Shown: piece by piece, positions 48,238 through 56,242 of the stretch
Layout of the letters: every line of letters starts with the position of its first letter
Numbering within the stretch: the stretch's first letter is position 1
Origin: Bacillota bacterium
GTDB taxonomy: Bacteria > Bacillota > Sulfobacillia > Sulfobacillales > JAIMBI01
Assembly (NCBI GenBank): GCA_021820465.1
Contig: JAKADP010000003.1
Coordinates: 2,183 to 66,182, forward strand
Direction of reading: 5' to 3'
DNA: 64,000 bases
Made by a program: the position numbers and the translations under genes
The notes under the pieces: generated by a model
What the model was told of the DNA's origin: nothing
Database searches by the model: none
The model's input: the letters and a program-made list of their open reading frames with translations, nothing else

Positions 48238-48687
48238 ATGACGAGTGAACAGCAGCAGGTGCTCACGATGCTGGCGCAGGGGCGGGTCACGGAGGACGAG
48301 GCGTTCCGCCTGTACGCGGCGCTGGATGCTCACCCCGCGGCGCTGGAAGAAGGGGATCGCGCCGAGCACCTGCGCCGCATGCTGCATCAGGTGGCCGAGG
48401 GCTTGCTGGCGCCCGACCAGGCGATGGACGACGCCGCGGCCACCGCTGCCCGCCCGCGGCATCTGCGCATCCGGGCGCAGTCGCACACCGGCGAACAGGT
48501 CAATGTGCGCCTGCCGCTGGGCTTGGTGAGCCAAGTGGGCCGGTGGCTGCCAGGCGGTCACGTCACGGTCAACCACACCGTCATCCGCATCGACGAGCTG
48601 GTGGACCTGATCCGCCACGCCGGGATCGGCCAGATCCTGGAGGTGGACAGCGACCGCGGAGACCGCGTCACTATCGTCCTGGAGTAG
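48238..48687 (+). CDS. hypothetical protein with SHOCT/LiaX-YvlB-N-terminal-like helix
   Basis: GGAGG upstream. The N-terminal [24 protein letters not shown] matches the pattern. The rest is unassigned. Confidence 0.5.
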   Translation: MTSEQQQVLTMLAQGRVTEDEAFRLYAALDAHPAALEEGDRAEHLRRMLHQVAEGLLAPDQAMDDAAATAARPRHLRIRAQSHTGEQVNVRLPLGLVSQVGRWLPGGHVTVNHTVIRIDELVDLIRHAGIGQILEVDSDRGDRVTIVLE

Positions 48688-48718
48688 ATCCGGGAACAGC
48701 CGAACGCCGGCGGGCGCC

Positions 48719-48985
48719 TTAATGGTCCGCCGGCTCTCGACGGTTCCCCAGCGACAGCACACCATCAAAGATGGCGGGCGTGAACACGCCCCCCGCCATC
48801 ACGATGCGGCCGTCCACCACAATCGTCGGGTTGCCCCCGTCCGACAGCTCGAGCCACCGGTCGCGGGCTTCGGCATCCACCGTCACGTCATGATAGGCAA
48901 ACGGGAGGCCTGCTTGCGAAAGCCACGCCTTCGCTCCGATGCAATCGCCTCAGGTGGGAGTTCCATAAATCACGATGCTTGGCAT
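48719..48985 (-). CDS. glutaredoxin/NrdH/mycoredoxin-like protein with in-frame TGA at the first redox Cys position (candidate selenoprotein, or nonsense pseudogene)
   Basis: Absent from the ORF track. GGAGG (48993-48997 complement) lies 7 nt before ATG 48985. My translation is MPSIVIYGTPT-TGA-GDCIGAKAWLSQAGLPFAYHDVTVDAEARDRWLELSDGGNPTIVVDGRIVMAGGVFTPAIFDGVLSLGNRREPADH, ending at TAA 48719-48721. The TGA is at 48950-48952. Confidence 0.6.
48916..48934 (-). promoter_or_regulatory. candidate bacterial SECIS-like hairpin
   Basis: The mRNA reads GCGAAGG-CGUGG-CUUUCGC (7-bp stem including one G-U, pentaloop containing GU). It starts 15 nt after the UGA. Confidence 0.35.
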
Positions 48986-49250
48986 AGCTTGGCCTCCGTT
49001 CGTCTGGTCGCCTGATCCTTAAATCGGCAAGTCGCACGCGCAGCGCCTATTTATTATGGCTGGACCCCGCCCGCGGTCAAGTGCGCCGGCCGACCCCCGT
49101 GGGATGCGAAGCTCGCGCTCCGGTGCCCCCCATACAACCCTTACACAGTGCCTCGCGCGATAACATGATTCAGGACAGTAGGATTTCCGACGCTACCCTC
49201 TATGCCAGAGTGGTTGTATTCAGTGGTTTTAGTCATATACCTCTGCTAAA

Positions 49251-49358
49251 ATGAACGACTCTGGGGAGATGATGTCCGTGGCGATTCGAACGCAAGAGCC
49301 CGAGATTGAAGTGCACACCTACCGGCGGCGGTTTTCGACGGCCTACAAACTCCGCATG
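49251..49358 (+). mobile_element. IS3-family OrfA N-terminal fragment (remnant)
   Basis: The frame gives ...YRRRFSTAYKLRM, resembling the RRxFSAEYKLRI start of IS3-family OrfA HTH proteins. Homology stops abruptly where the helicase fragment begins. Confidence 0.4.
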
Positions 49359-50238
49359 CCGACGCCTGTCAGGATGCGAAGATTCCCGCCGCCTTCAGGC
49401 GCTCCGCACCGGCGAGGTGCAGGTGCCGGCCAACGCCATGCTCCTCACCGAAGGCTGGGACGAGCCCACGATCTCGGCCGTGCTGTTGGCCCGGCCCACC
49501 CAGAGCCGCCCCTTGTGGATTCAGATGGTCGGCCGAGGGCTTCGCATCGCCCCCGACAAGACCGACTGCTTGGTGCTGGATGTGGCCGACAGTCGGCACG
49601 ACTTGGCCACGCTGTCGGCCCTGCAAGACCTCGGAGTCACGGTGGCGCCCGCCGCGCCTCGGGGTCCCCACGTGCCGGGCCTCAGCGCACCCGCCGCCGA
49701 GGAGCCGGACGGTCTGCCCACGACTGCGACCTTGGTGGCCACGCCGTGCGACTTGCTCACGCGCTCCGCGTTTGCGTGGCAGCGCCAGAGCGGGCGGCTG
49801 ACGCTCCAGGCCGGGCCGGGGCGCCGGGTCCAACTCATCCCCGACGGGCACGGCTACCGCGTGCAGGCTTGGGCCGGTGCGCCCGTCACGCTCCATCCCG
49901 ACCCCCTGCCGCTGGAGTATGCGCAGGGTGTGGCGGAGGACTGGGTGCGCGGCCAGGACGGGGGCGGCTTTGCCCGCAAGGACGCCAAGCGGCGCCAACT
50001 GCCCCCGTCCGCCAAGAGGGTGGCGCTGGCTCGCGAGTTGGGTCTGCACTTCCCGGACGGAACCACGCGGGAAGGCGCGCATGATGCCCTGGAAGCCGCC
50101 ATGGCGCAGGCCGGCTGGAAGGATCCCGACGCCTCCTGGCGGCAGGATCCCGCGATGCCTAAGCAGACCCGTGGCTTACGGCGCACCGCATCCGCGTGCG
50201 GGACGGGCTCACCAAGGGCGAAGCGGCCGATCAGATGA
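49306..50238 (+). pseudogene. 5'-truncated SF2 (DEAD/DEAH-like) helicase, C-terminal fragment only
   Basis: LRTGEVQVPANAMLLTEGWDEPTISAVLLARPTQSRPLWIQMVGRGLR corresponds to helicase motifs V-VI. No motif I-III region lies upstream. A probable further frame change lies near 50160. Confidence 0.7.
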
Positions 50239-50331
50239 GCCGCATCCTGGGGCGGTCGTCGTGATGTGATTTGGCCAGGTCGAGCCTGAAGTGTGGTACG
50301 ATATGCGGTACCAGATGAAGGGGTGGTTCTG

Positions 50332-50580
50332 ATGGCCATTACCGCGAGTGAGGCTCGCCGCGGTCTGTTTCCGCTCATCCAACAGGTGAACGATGACCGA
50401 GCGGCCATCGTGATCACGTCCAAGGGCGGCAATGCCGTGCTCATGTCGGCGGACGAGTACGCCGCCTGGCAGGAGACGGCGTATCTGTTCCGTTCGCCGG
50501 CCAACGCGCGCCGACTGCTCGATGCCGCCGACGCCGCCTCACGAGGGAACATCACCGAACATCCCTTGGACCGGACGTGA
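50332..50580 (+). CDS. yefM: Phd/YefM family antitoxin
   Basis: MAITASEARRGLFPLIQQVNDDRAAIVITSKGGNAVLMSADEYAAWQETAYL. GAAGGGG upstream. Confidence 0.9.
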   Translation: MAITASEARRGLFPLIQQVNDDRAAIVITSKGGNAVLMSADEYAAWQETAYLFRSPANARRLLDAADAASRGNITEHPLDRT

Positions 50581-50840
50581 GGCTCGTCGTCACACCGCAA
50601 GCCTGGGAAGATTATGGCTACTGGCAGCGCAATGACCGAGCGTTGATCACGCGCATCAACCGGTTGGTTGATGACGCTTTGCGTCACCCCACTACCGGGA
50701 TCGGCAAACCGGAGCCGCTGAAATATGGGATTGTTGGCGCCTGGTCGCGACGCATCACGGAGGAGCACCGGTTGGTGTACCAACTGGCCGGGGACGATCT
50801 TGTGCTCTTGCAGGCACGCTATCACTATGGGAAGCCATAG
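50577..50840 (+). CDS. yoeB: Txe/YoeB family toxin
   Basis: WEDYGYWQ...GIGKPEPLKY...WSRRITEEHRLVY...RYHY closely parallels E. coli YoeB. The GTG overlaps the yefM stop (GTGA). Confidence 0.9.
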   Translation: MRLVVTPQAWEDYGYWQRNDRALITRINRLVDDALRHPTTGIGKPEPLKYGIVGAWSRRITEEHRLVYQLAGDDLVLLQARYHYGKP

Positions 50841-51176
50841 ACCACTCGGCGGGGTTCCGCGCAAGCTAGGTCCCGAAGGCGGCCGCCTGCCCAAAGAACG
50901 TCACCGCATCGCGTTGCCGCAGGAGCCCCCGCCGAAGCACGTCCCGGCGCTGGCTAACATTTGGTCCTCCTACCGGAACCTCCGTCCACAGCGCAAAAAA
51001 TATCGGGGGCATCTTTCTCTTGTGGGAGACATTCTGGTAGGCACGGGCGTCATGCCGCCGCCCCCGGGATACCCGCCCGCCGGGACGCCATCGGACAACA
51101 CCCGTCTGCTGGCGCACGTGCGCTCACCAAAAATCTTCTTCTTAAGAAAGGGGATGGCCTACCAATCTCGAACTAA

Positions 51177-51371
51177 GGAGCCCCCGTTATAATAAAGACA
51201 TCATGGCATGATGGTATAGTTCCATTCGCCATGAAAGGCATCCCGCAGCAACGGGCCGCCGTCCTGGCGGCGGCCTGCGCCCGCCACCCGGAACGGTATG
51301 GGGCCGGCCCGCCCCAGCCCCCGGCCCTGCCCAACCGCGTGGCCATCAATCCCCCCGAGGATCCCCCGTAA
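51177..51371 (+). mobile_element. DDE integrase-type (IS3-like) transposase C-terminal remnant
   Basis: Open frame ...WHDGIVPFAMKGIPQQRAAVLAAACARHPERYGAGPPQPPALPNRVAINPPEDPP* resembles the HSGI...HPERW...V.LNPE tail of IS3-type OrfB. No catalytic core lies upstream, though a weak SDN-containing trace is visible in another frame at ~51040-51170. Confidence 0.45.
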
Positions 51372-51474
51372 AGAAGGACCGTCGCTTTCTTGCGCTGACA
51401 GGTCCCGCGGGGCTTGACACCTACCGGTCGCCCCGGAGAGAAGGCATCCGCCGCCCTCCGGAGGGCGGCGATGC

Positions 51475-51771
51475 GTGGCTGCCGATTTTGCACGCCGATT
51501 TGTCCACGCCTACGAAGAGCTCCAGCCCCAGGATCGGCGAGCGAGCCTGGAGGCCGTGGATCCCCTGCAAGCGGACCGCAACTATCCCAGCCTGCCTCTA
51601 AAGAAGATGGAGGGCGTGCCCGGAATCTGGGAGGCGCGGGCATTCCGCGACTTGCGCCTGACGTGTCGGTTCGCGGCCGGCAACGTCCTGGTCTTTCGCA
51701 CGTGTGGGCGCCACGACACGGCCCTCAAGCATCCCCAAGCCTACACGGCCCCAAAAGGCGCCGACCGCTAG
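51475..51771 (+). CDS. RelE/ParE-superfamily toxin-like protein (orphan)
   Basis: 98 aa. DPLQADRNYPSLPLKKMEGVPGIWEARAFRDLRLTCRFAAGNVLVFRTCGRHD fits the RelE/ParE pattern. No antitoxin ORF is adjacent. Confidence 0.5.
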   Translation: MAADFARRFVHAYEELQPQDRRASLEAVDPLQADRNYPSLPLKKMEGVPGIWEARAFRDLRLTCRFAAGNVLVFRTCGRHDTALKHPQAYTAPKGADR

Positions 51772-52688
51772 CGGTACTGGATGCGCGGGTCCACCACCGC
51801 GTAGCTCATGTCGGCCAGCACGCCGCCCAGCACGCCCACGGCGGCCAGCAGAAACGCCAGGCTGGTGGCGGGGCCGAAGTTCAAGCTGTTGAGCTCGCGA
51901 TAGAACAGCGCACCGGCGCCGGGGATGAAAAACACGACCTCCACCACAATCACCGTGTTGATCAGCACCGGAAACGAGGTGCCCGCCAGCGTCAGCAGCG
52001 GCAGCAGGGAGTTTCGCAGCGCATGCCGGTGCAGCACGCGGTGTTCGTCCGCCCCTTTGGCACGTGCCGTTCGCACAAAGTCGGTCTCCATCGACTCCTC
52101 CAGGGCCGCACGCAGGTACCGGGTCCATCCCCCCACCGCCGCGGCATACACCGTGGCGACCGGCATGATCATATGCAGTCCCCACTCCCAGAACCCGAGG
52201 TGGGTGGCGGACGGCACGCCGTCGGGTGGAAGGAGAAGCAGGTTCAATGCCAGCTCCCACACCAGCAGCAGCGACAGCCAAAACGCGGGCGTCGCATTCA
52301 GGACGTACAGCACCGCCGTCAGCAGATGATCCCCCCATGTGTTGGGGTGCTCGACCTGCCACGACGCGAGTCCCACCGCCGACGCAAAGGCCAAGCCAAT
52401 GCCCAGTGCCGCCAGCTCCAGGGTGCGAGGCAGGAACCGCAGCCACTGCAGGATCAGGCCGGGCGCAAAGAACGTGGAGCGCAGCCAGGTCCAAAACTGC
52501 AGGGGCAGGGGCAGATTGAGGCCCAGCTCCGCGTTCAGCTGGTTAATAGCCTTTTGCGACGCGCGGAGCCCCAGCTCGGCGCGCGCCGGGCTGGCCGCAT
52601 CCAGGTGGAGGACGAAGAAGATAATCACCGCAATGCCCAACAGCGCAAGCAGCGCCTGCAGCAGGCGCTGGCCCAGATACGCCAGCAC
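51768..52688 (-). CDS. ABC transporter permease (OppB/DppB type)
   Basis: Track ORF trimmed to GTG 52688, which overlaps the upstream stop (TAGTG). VLAYLGQRLLQALLALLGIAVIIFFV start and an EAA-like loop (FVRTARAKGADEHRVLHRHALRN). Confidence 0.85.
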   Translation of the reverse strand: MLAYLGQRLLQALLALLGIAVIIFFVLHLDAASPARAELGLRASQKAINQLNAELGLNLPLPLQFWTWLRSTFFAPGLILQWLRFLPRTLELAALGIGLAFASAVGLASWQVEHPNTWGDHLLTAVLYVLNATPAFWLSLLLVWELALNLLLLPPDGVPSATHLGFWEWGLHMIMPVATVYAAAVGGWTRYLRAALEESMETDFVRTARAKGADEHRVLHRHALRNSLLPLLTLAGTSFPVLINTVIVVEVVFFIPGAGALFYRELNSLNFGPATSLAFLLAAVGVLGGVLADMSYAVVDPRIQYR

Positions 52689-53575
52689 TACGCCAGCCCC
52701 CGCTGATTTTTCGGGTCGAAGGCTTGCCGGAGCGCGTCGGCCACAAAGTTCACCGACAGCTGGAGCAAGACAAACGCCGAGCCCGGCAGCCACAGGAGCC
52801 ACCAGCTGTTGTCATACAGGTACTGGCGGCTCGACGCCACCATCCCCGCCCAGTTGGGGTTGGGCGGAGGCAGCCCGTATCCCAGGAAGCTTGCAGTGGC
52901 CAAAACCAACAGCGTGGTGCTGACTTGGCCGCTGGCCGCCACCACCACCGTCCCCATCACGTTGGGCAGAAGGTGCCGGCGCATGATTCGGCCCGGCGTC
53001 GCCCCGCCCGACCGGGCCGACTCCACGAACTCGCGCTCCCGGGCAGACAGCACATCGCCACGCACCAGGCGCGCCACGAGGGGCCACCCGGTCAAACCCA
53101 GGACGGCAATCATCGTGCCATCATTGGGCCGAAACAGCACCACCACCAAAAACAGCGGCACCAGCTGGGGAATGCCCAGCACGGTGTCGGTGAACCACAT
53201 GAACGCGCGGTCCGCAAGCCCCCCGGCCAAGCCCGACACCAAACCAATCAGCACGCCCAGGGCCGACGCCATGGCGGCCGACACAAATCCCACCAGCAAG
53301 AATCCCTGGCCACCCACCATCAGGCGTGCCAGCTCGTTGCGCCCCAGGACATCAGCCCCCAGGGGAAACGCCCCGCCGGGCGGCGCCAGCGTATGGGCAA
53401 TGTGGGTGGCGATTGGACTCTTCGGGTAAATGTCGGGCCCAACAAATGAAAAGAGGGCCAGCAGCACCAACAGCGTGCTGCCCGTCCAGAACAGGGGATG
53501 GCGGGACAGCGAGCGCCATCGCCGCTGCCCCGCCGTGATGACCGGCATCGCGGCTTCAGTAGCCACCTGCGCCAT
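52688..53575 (-). CDS. ABC transporter permease (OppC/DppC type)
   Basis: PLGADVLGRNELARLMVG and the EAA loop FVESARSGGATPGRIMRRHLLPN. Confidence 0.85.
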   Translation of the reverse strand: MAQVATEAAMPVITAGQRRWRSLSRHPLFWTGSTLLVLLALFSFVGPDIYPKSPIATHIAHTLAPPGGAFPLGADVLGRNELARLMVGGQGFLLVGFVSAAMASALGVLIGLVSGLAGGLADRAFMWFTDTVLGIPQLVPLFLVVVLFRPNDGTMIAVLGLTGWPLVARLVRGDVLSAREREFVESARSGGATPGRIMRRHLLPNVMGTVVVAASGQVSTTLLVLATASFLGYGLPPPNPNWAGMVASSRQYLYDNSWWLLWLPGSAFVLLQLSVNFVADALRQAFDPKNQRGLA

Positions 53576-53648
53576 GCCCTAGCCCCCCACCCAGGCACTC
53601 ACCGCTCGCCACTCACAACGATCGGTGCGGCTCACTGGTTGCCGCACC

Positions 53649-55511
53649 CTACTGCGCCGCCGCCGCGGGATCGCGGGCCACGTCCGTCGCCACCAGGCCC
53701 GGGTCAAACTGCTCGTGGTACAGCGCGGCATACAGGCCGCCTTGGCGCAGGAGCTGCGCGTGGGCGCCCCGCTCGCGAATCCGGCCTCCCGCGACCACCA
53801 GAATCTGATCCGCCGCGAGCACGGTGGAGAGCCGATGAGCGATGGCCACGACCGTGCGTCCCTGGAAGAGCCGGTCCAGTGCCTCCTGAATCAGGCGCTC
53901 GGCGTGGCTGTCCAACGAGCTCGTCGCCTCGTCCAGCAGCAGCACGCTGGGGTTTTTCAAAATAGCCCGCGCAATCGCGACGCGCTGCTTCTCCCCACCG
54001 GACAGCCGGTACCCGCGCTCGCCCACCACCGTCTCCAACCCCTCCGGCAGGGCCGCGATGAGGTCACCTAGCTGCGCGGCGTCGGCAGCCTGCCGCACGG
54101 CCGCGTCGTCGGCCGTGGGCCGCCCGTACCGGATATTGTCCGCCAGCGTCGTGTGAAACAGATAAAGCTCCTGGGTCACGACCGCCATGGCGGACCGGAG
54201 CTCCGACTCCGCAAGCTCCGCCAGCGGCACCCCTCCCAGCCGCACCGCACCGGATTCGGGGTCGTAGAAGCGCGCCCCCAGCGACAAGATCGTGCTTTTT
54301 CCGGCCCCCGATGGTCCCACGACCGCCGTCAGCTGACCGGGTTGGGCGACGAACGACACCCCGTGCAGCACTTCTTCGTGGGGCTTGTATCCGAAGTGCA
54401 CGCGGTCAAACTCCAAGGGAAGCGGCGCCACCCCCACGGCGCCGGGCAACGCGCGCGGCGCCGCGGGCTCGGGCACGTCGACCGGCAAGTCCAGAAAGCG
54501 AAAGATGCGGTCAAACAGCGCCAGGCCGCCAATGAGGGTGGTATTGGACCCCGCCAGTGACGACGCCGGGCTGTACAGCTGCACTAGGTACGTGGCAAAC
54601 GCCACGATGGTGCCCAGCTCCGCCCGGTGCGTGATCACCAGGTATCCGCCATAGCCATAGAGGAGTGCGGGCCCCAGCGCGGACAGAATGCGCACCACCA
54701 TGCTGAGCCACTGGCCCACCATGCTTTGCCGCACCTGATTGGTGCGGACGGCGGCGCTGTACCGAGCAAACCGGTCCGCCTCGCGGGGCCGGGTGCCAAA
54801 GCTGGTGACGACCAAAATTCCCGACAGGGTCAAGGTTTCCTCAAGGTGGGCCGTCATCTGCGACATGGACTCCTGCGTTCGGTTGATGGCGTCGTAGGTG
54901 CGCCGGCCAAAGCTCAGGACCGGAAGCGCAAAGGCCGGCAGGACCAACGCCGCCGCGATCGCCAGCTCCCAGTTGATGATGAACATCGTCGCCAGCGTGA
55001 GCGTGACGGTCAGCGCGTTGACAAACAGTCCCGTCATGGTGCGGCTCAGGACGTTTTGCACCGCGTTCAAGTCGTTGACCAGCCGCGAGTGGATCTCCCC
55101 ACCCGGCGTCTTGGTAAAAAACCGAATGCCCAGGCGCTGGCCGTGCCGGTACATCGCCGTGCGCAGGTCATGTATGACCGCCTGAGCCACCACGGCGTTC
55201 AAGTAACTCTGCCCAACGCTGACCACGGCGCCCACGGCGGGAAACGCCAGCAGGCCTGCGGCGAGCCACCACAGGGAGGCGTAGTTGCGCTGGCGAATCG
55301 CGCTGTCAATGATTTGCCGCATCAGCAGGGGCGGGACCAAGCCCAGCAGCACGCCCAACACGGTGAGCGCCAGTGCACCAGCGATGAGCCGGCGGTGGGG
55401 GCCCAGCGTTCGCAGGAGCCGCCGCGCGGTCTCTTTGGTGGGCTTGCCCTGCTCCATGTACCCAAGCGACCGCCGCTGCTCCCACACGGCGTGCATGCCG
55501 TGCATGCTCAC
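53649..55511 (-). CDS. ABC exporter, fused permease/ATPase (MsbA/type I exporter-like)
   Basis: 6-TM N-domain. Walker A GPSGAGKST, signature LSGGEKQR and Walker B LLLDEATS. GTG 55511 overlaps the marR stop (GTGA). Confidence 0.85.
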   Translation of the reverse strand: MSMHGMHAVWEQRRSLGYMEQGKPTKETARRLLRTLGPHRRLIAGALALTVLGVLLGLVPPLLMRQIIDSAIRQRNYASLWWLAAGLLAFPAVGAVVSVGQSYLNAVVAQAVIHDLRTAMYRHGQRLGIRFFTKTPGGEIHSRLVNDLNAVQNVLSRTMTGLFVNALTVTLTLATMFIINWELAIAAALVLPAFALPVLSFGRRTYDAINRTQESMSQMTAHLEETLTLSGILVVTSFGTRPREADRFARYSAAVRTNQVRQSMVGQWLSMVVRILSALGPALLYGYGGYLVITHRAELGTIVAFATYLVQLYSPASSLAGSNTTLIGGLALFDRIFRFLDLPVDVPEPAAPRALPGAVGVAPLPLEFDRVHFGYKPHEEVLHGVSFVAQPGQLTAVVGPSGAGKSTILSLGARFYDPESGAVRLGGVPLAELAESELRSAMAVVTQELYLFHTTLADNIRYGRPTADDAAVRQAADAAQLGDLIAALPEGLETVVGERGYRLSGGEKQRVAIARAILKNPSVLLLDEATSSLDSHAERLIQEALDRLFQGRTVVAIAHRLSTVLAADQILVVAGGRIRERGAHAQLLRQGGLYAALYHEQFDPGLVATDVARDPAAAAQ

Positions 55512-55960
55512 GACGGCACCTCCGCGGTGCGGCGGCTGTCCGCCCACGCCTCCAAGGCGTCTGCCCAGGCGTGCCGCCGGTCGGCCGGCACGCGCTCCAG
55601 CAGGCTCTTCAGCACAACGTGTCGACCGGCCTCAAAGCGCTGGTAGGCGGCGCGCCCTGGCTCGGTGACCGCCACCCGCACGCGCGACCCATGTCCCGGA
55701 TCGGCCCGGCGCTCGGCCCAGCCCCACTCCTCCAGCCTGTCGAGATGCGTCGTCATCGTGCTGGTGCGCACCCCAACGTCATCGGCCAACTCCGACGGCG
55801 ATCGCTCGCCGCCGCCTACGAGCGCTTCCAGAACCCGAAATGCGCCGCGGCCCCCGCGGCCGCCAGACGCGTCCCGCGCCGCCTGGCGCACCCCGGCCAT
55901 CCACTCACGCCGAAACCGCTCCAGCAAAGTATCCAGCCTCGCCACTTCATCCTCAGTCAT
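55508..55960 (-). CDS. MarR family transcriptional regulator
   Basis: Winged helix: FRVLEALVGGGERSPSELADDVGVRTSTMTTHLDRLEEWGWAERR. Confidence 0.8.
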   Translation of the reverse strand: MTEDEVARLDTLLERFRREWMAGVRQAARDASGGRGGRGAFRVLEALVGGGERSPSELADDVGVRTSTMTTHLDRLEEWGWAERRADPGHGSRVRVAVTEPGRAAYQRFEAGRHVVLKSLLERVPADRRHAWADALEAWADSRRTAEVPS

Positions 55961-56092
55961 GCCGGCACGCTCCATTCGCTAGGCTTGCTAGCTTCAGGGT
56001 ACCACACCACGAGCCCCGGGGTCGGCTCACTGGGTGGCGAAGGCTCCCCATGCATCGATGCGTCGCGGTGGGCCCAGGTGCCTCCACAAAAT

Positions 56093-56186
56093 TGGCGGGA
56101 GTATGTGGGAATCGAACCCACCGCCGACCGCCGGCCGGCCATCGGATTTGAAGTCCGTGGAAGGCACCAGTCCTCCATCTACCCCC
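56093..56186 (-). tRNA. selC: tRNA-Sec (anticodon UCA)
   Basis: 94 nt on the minus strand: GGGGGUAG-AU-GGAGGACUGGUGCCUUCC-A-CGGA-CUUCAAA-UCCG-...long variable arm (GGCCGGC/GCGGUCGGC)...-GUGGG-UUCGAUU-CCCAC-AUACUCCC-G-CCA. The acceptor strand is 8 nt and the T stem is 5 bp. The anticodon stem is only 4 clean bp. Confidence 0.75.
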
Positions 56187-56242
56187 GCGTGCCGTGACAG
56201 TATGCCTTGCCCGGCGCGAACCTGTCAACGCGGCCCCGCGGC

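Noticed and set aside
49270-49300. tRNA-like T-loop string ggcgattcgaacgc, as a possible tRNA fragment or att site
   Set aside because: The flanking bases do not form a 5-bp T stem or any acceptor stem. The stretch is read through by the IS3 OrfA-like frame.
50725-51192. 155-aa plus ORF and 83-aa minus ORF in the yoeB-to-transposase-remnant gap
   Set aside because: They have no RBS or family motifs. The plus frame begins inside yoeB. There is at most a decayed trace of a transposase core (an SDN-containing segment).
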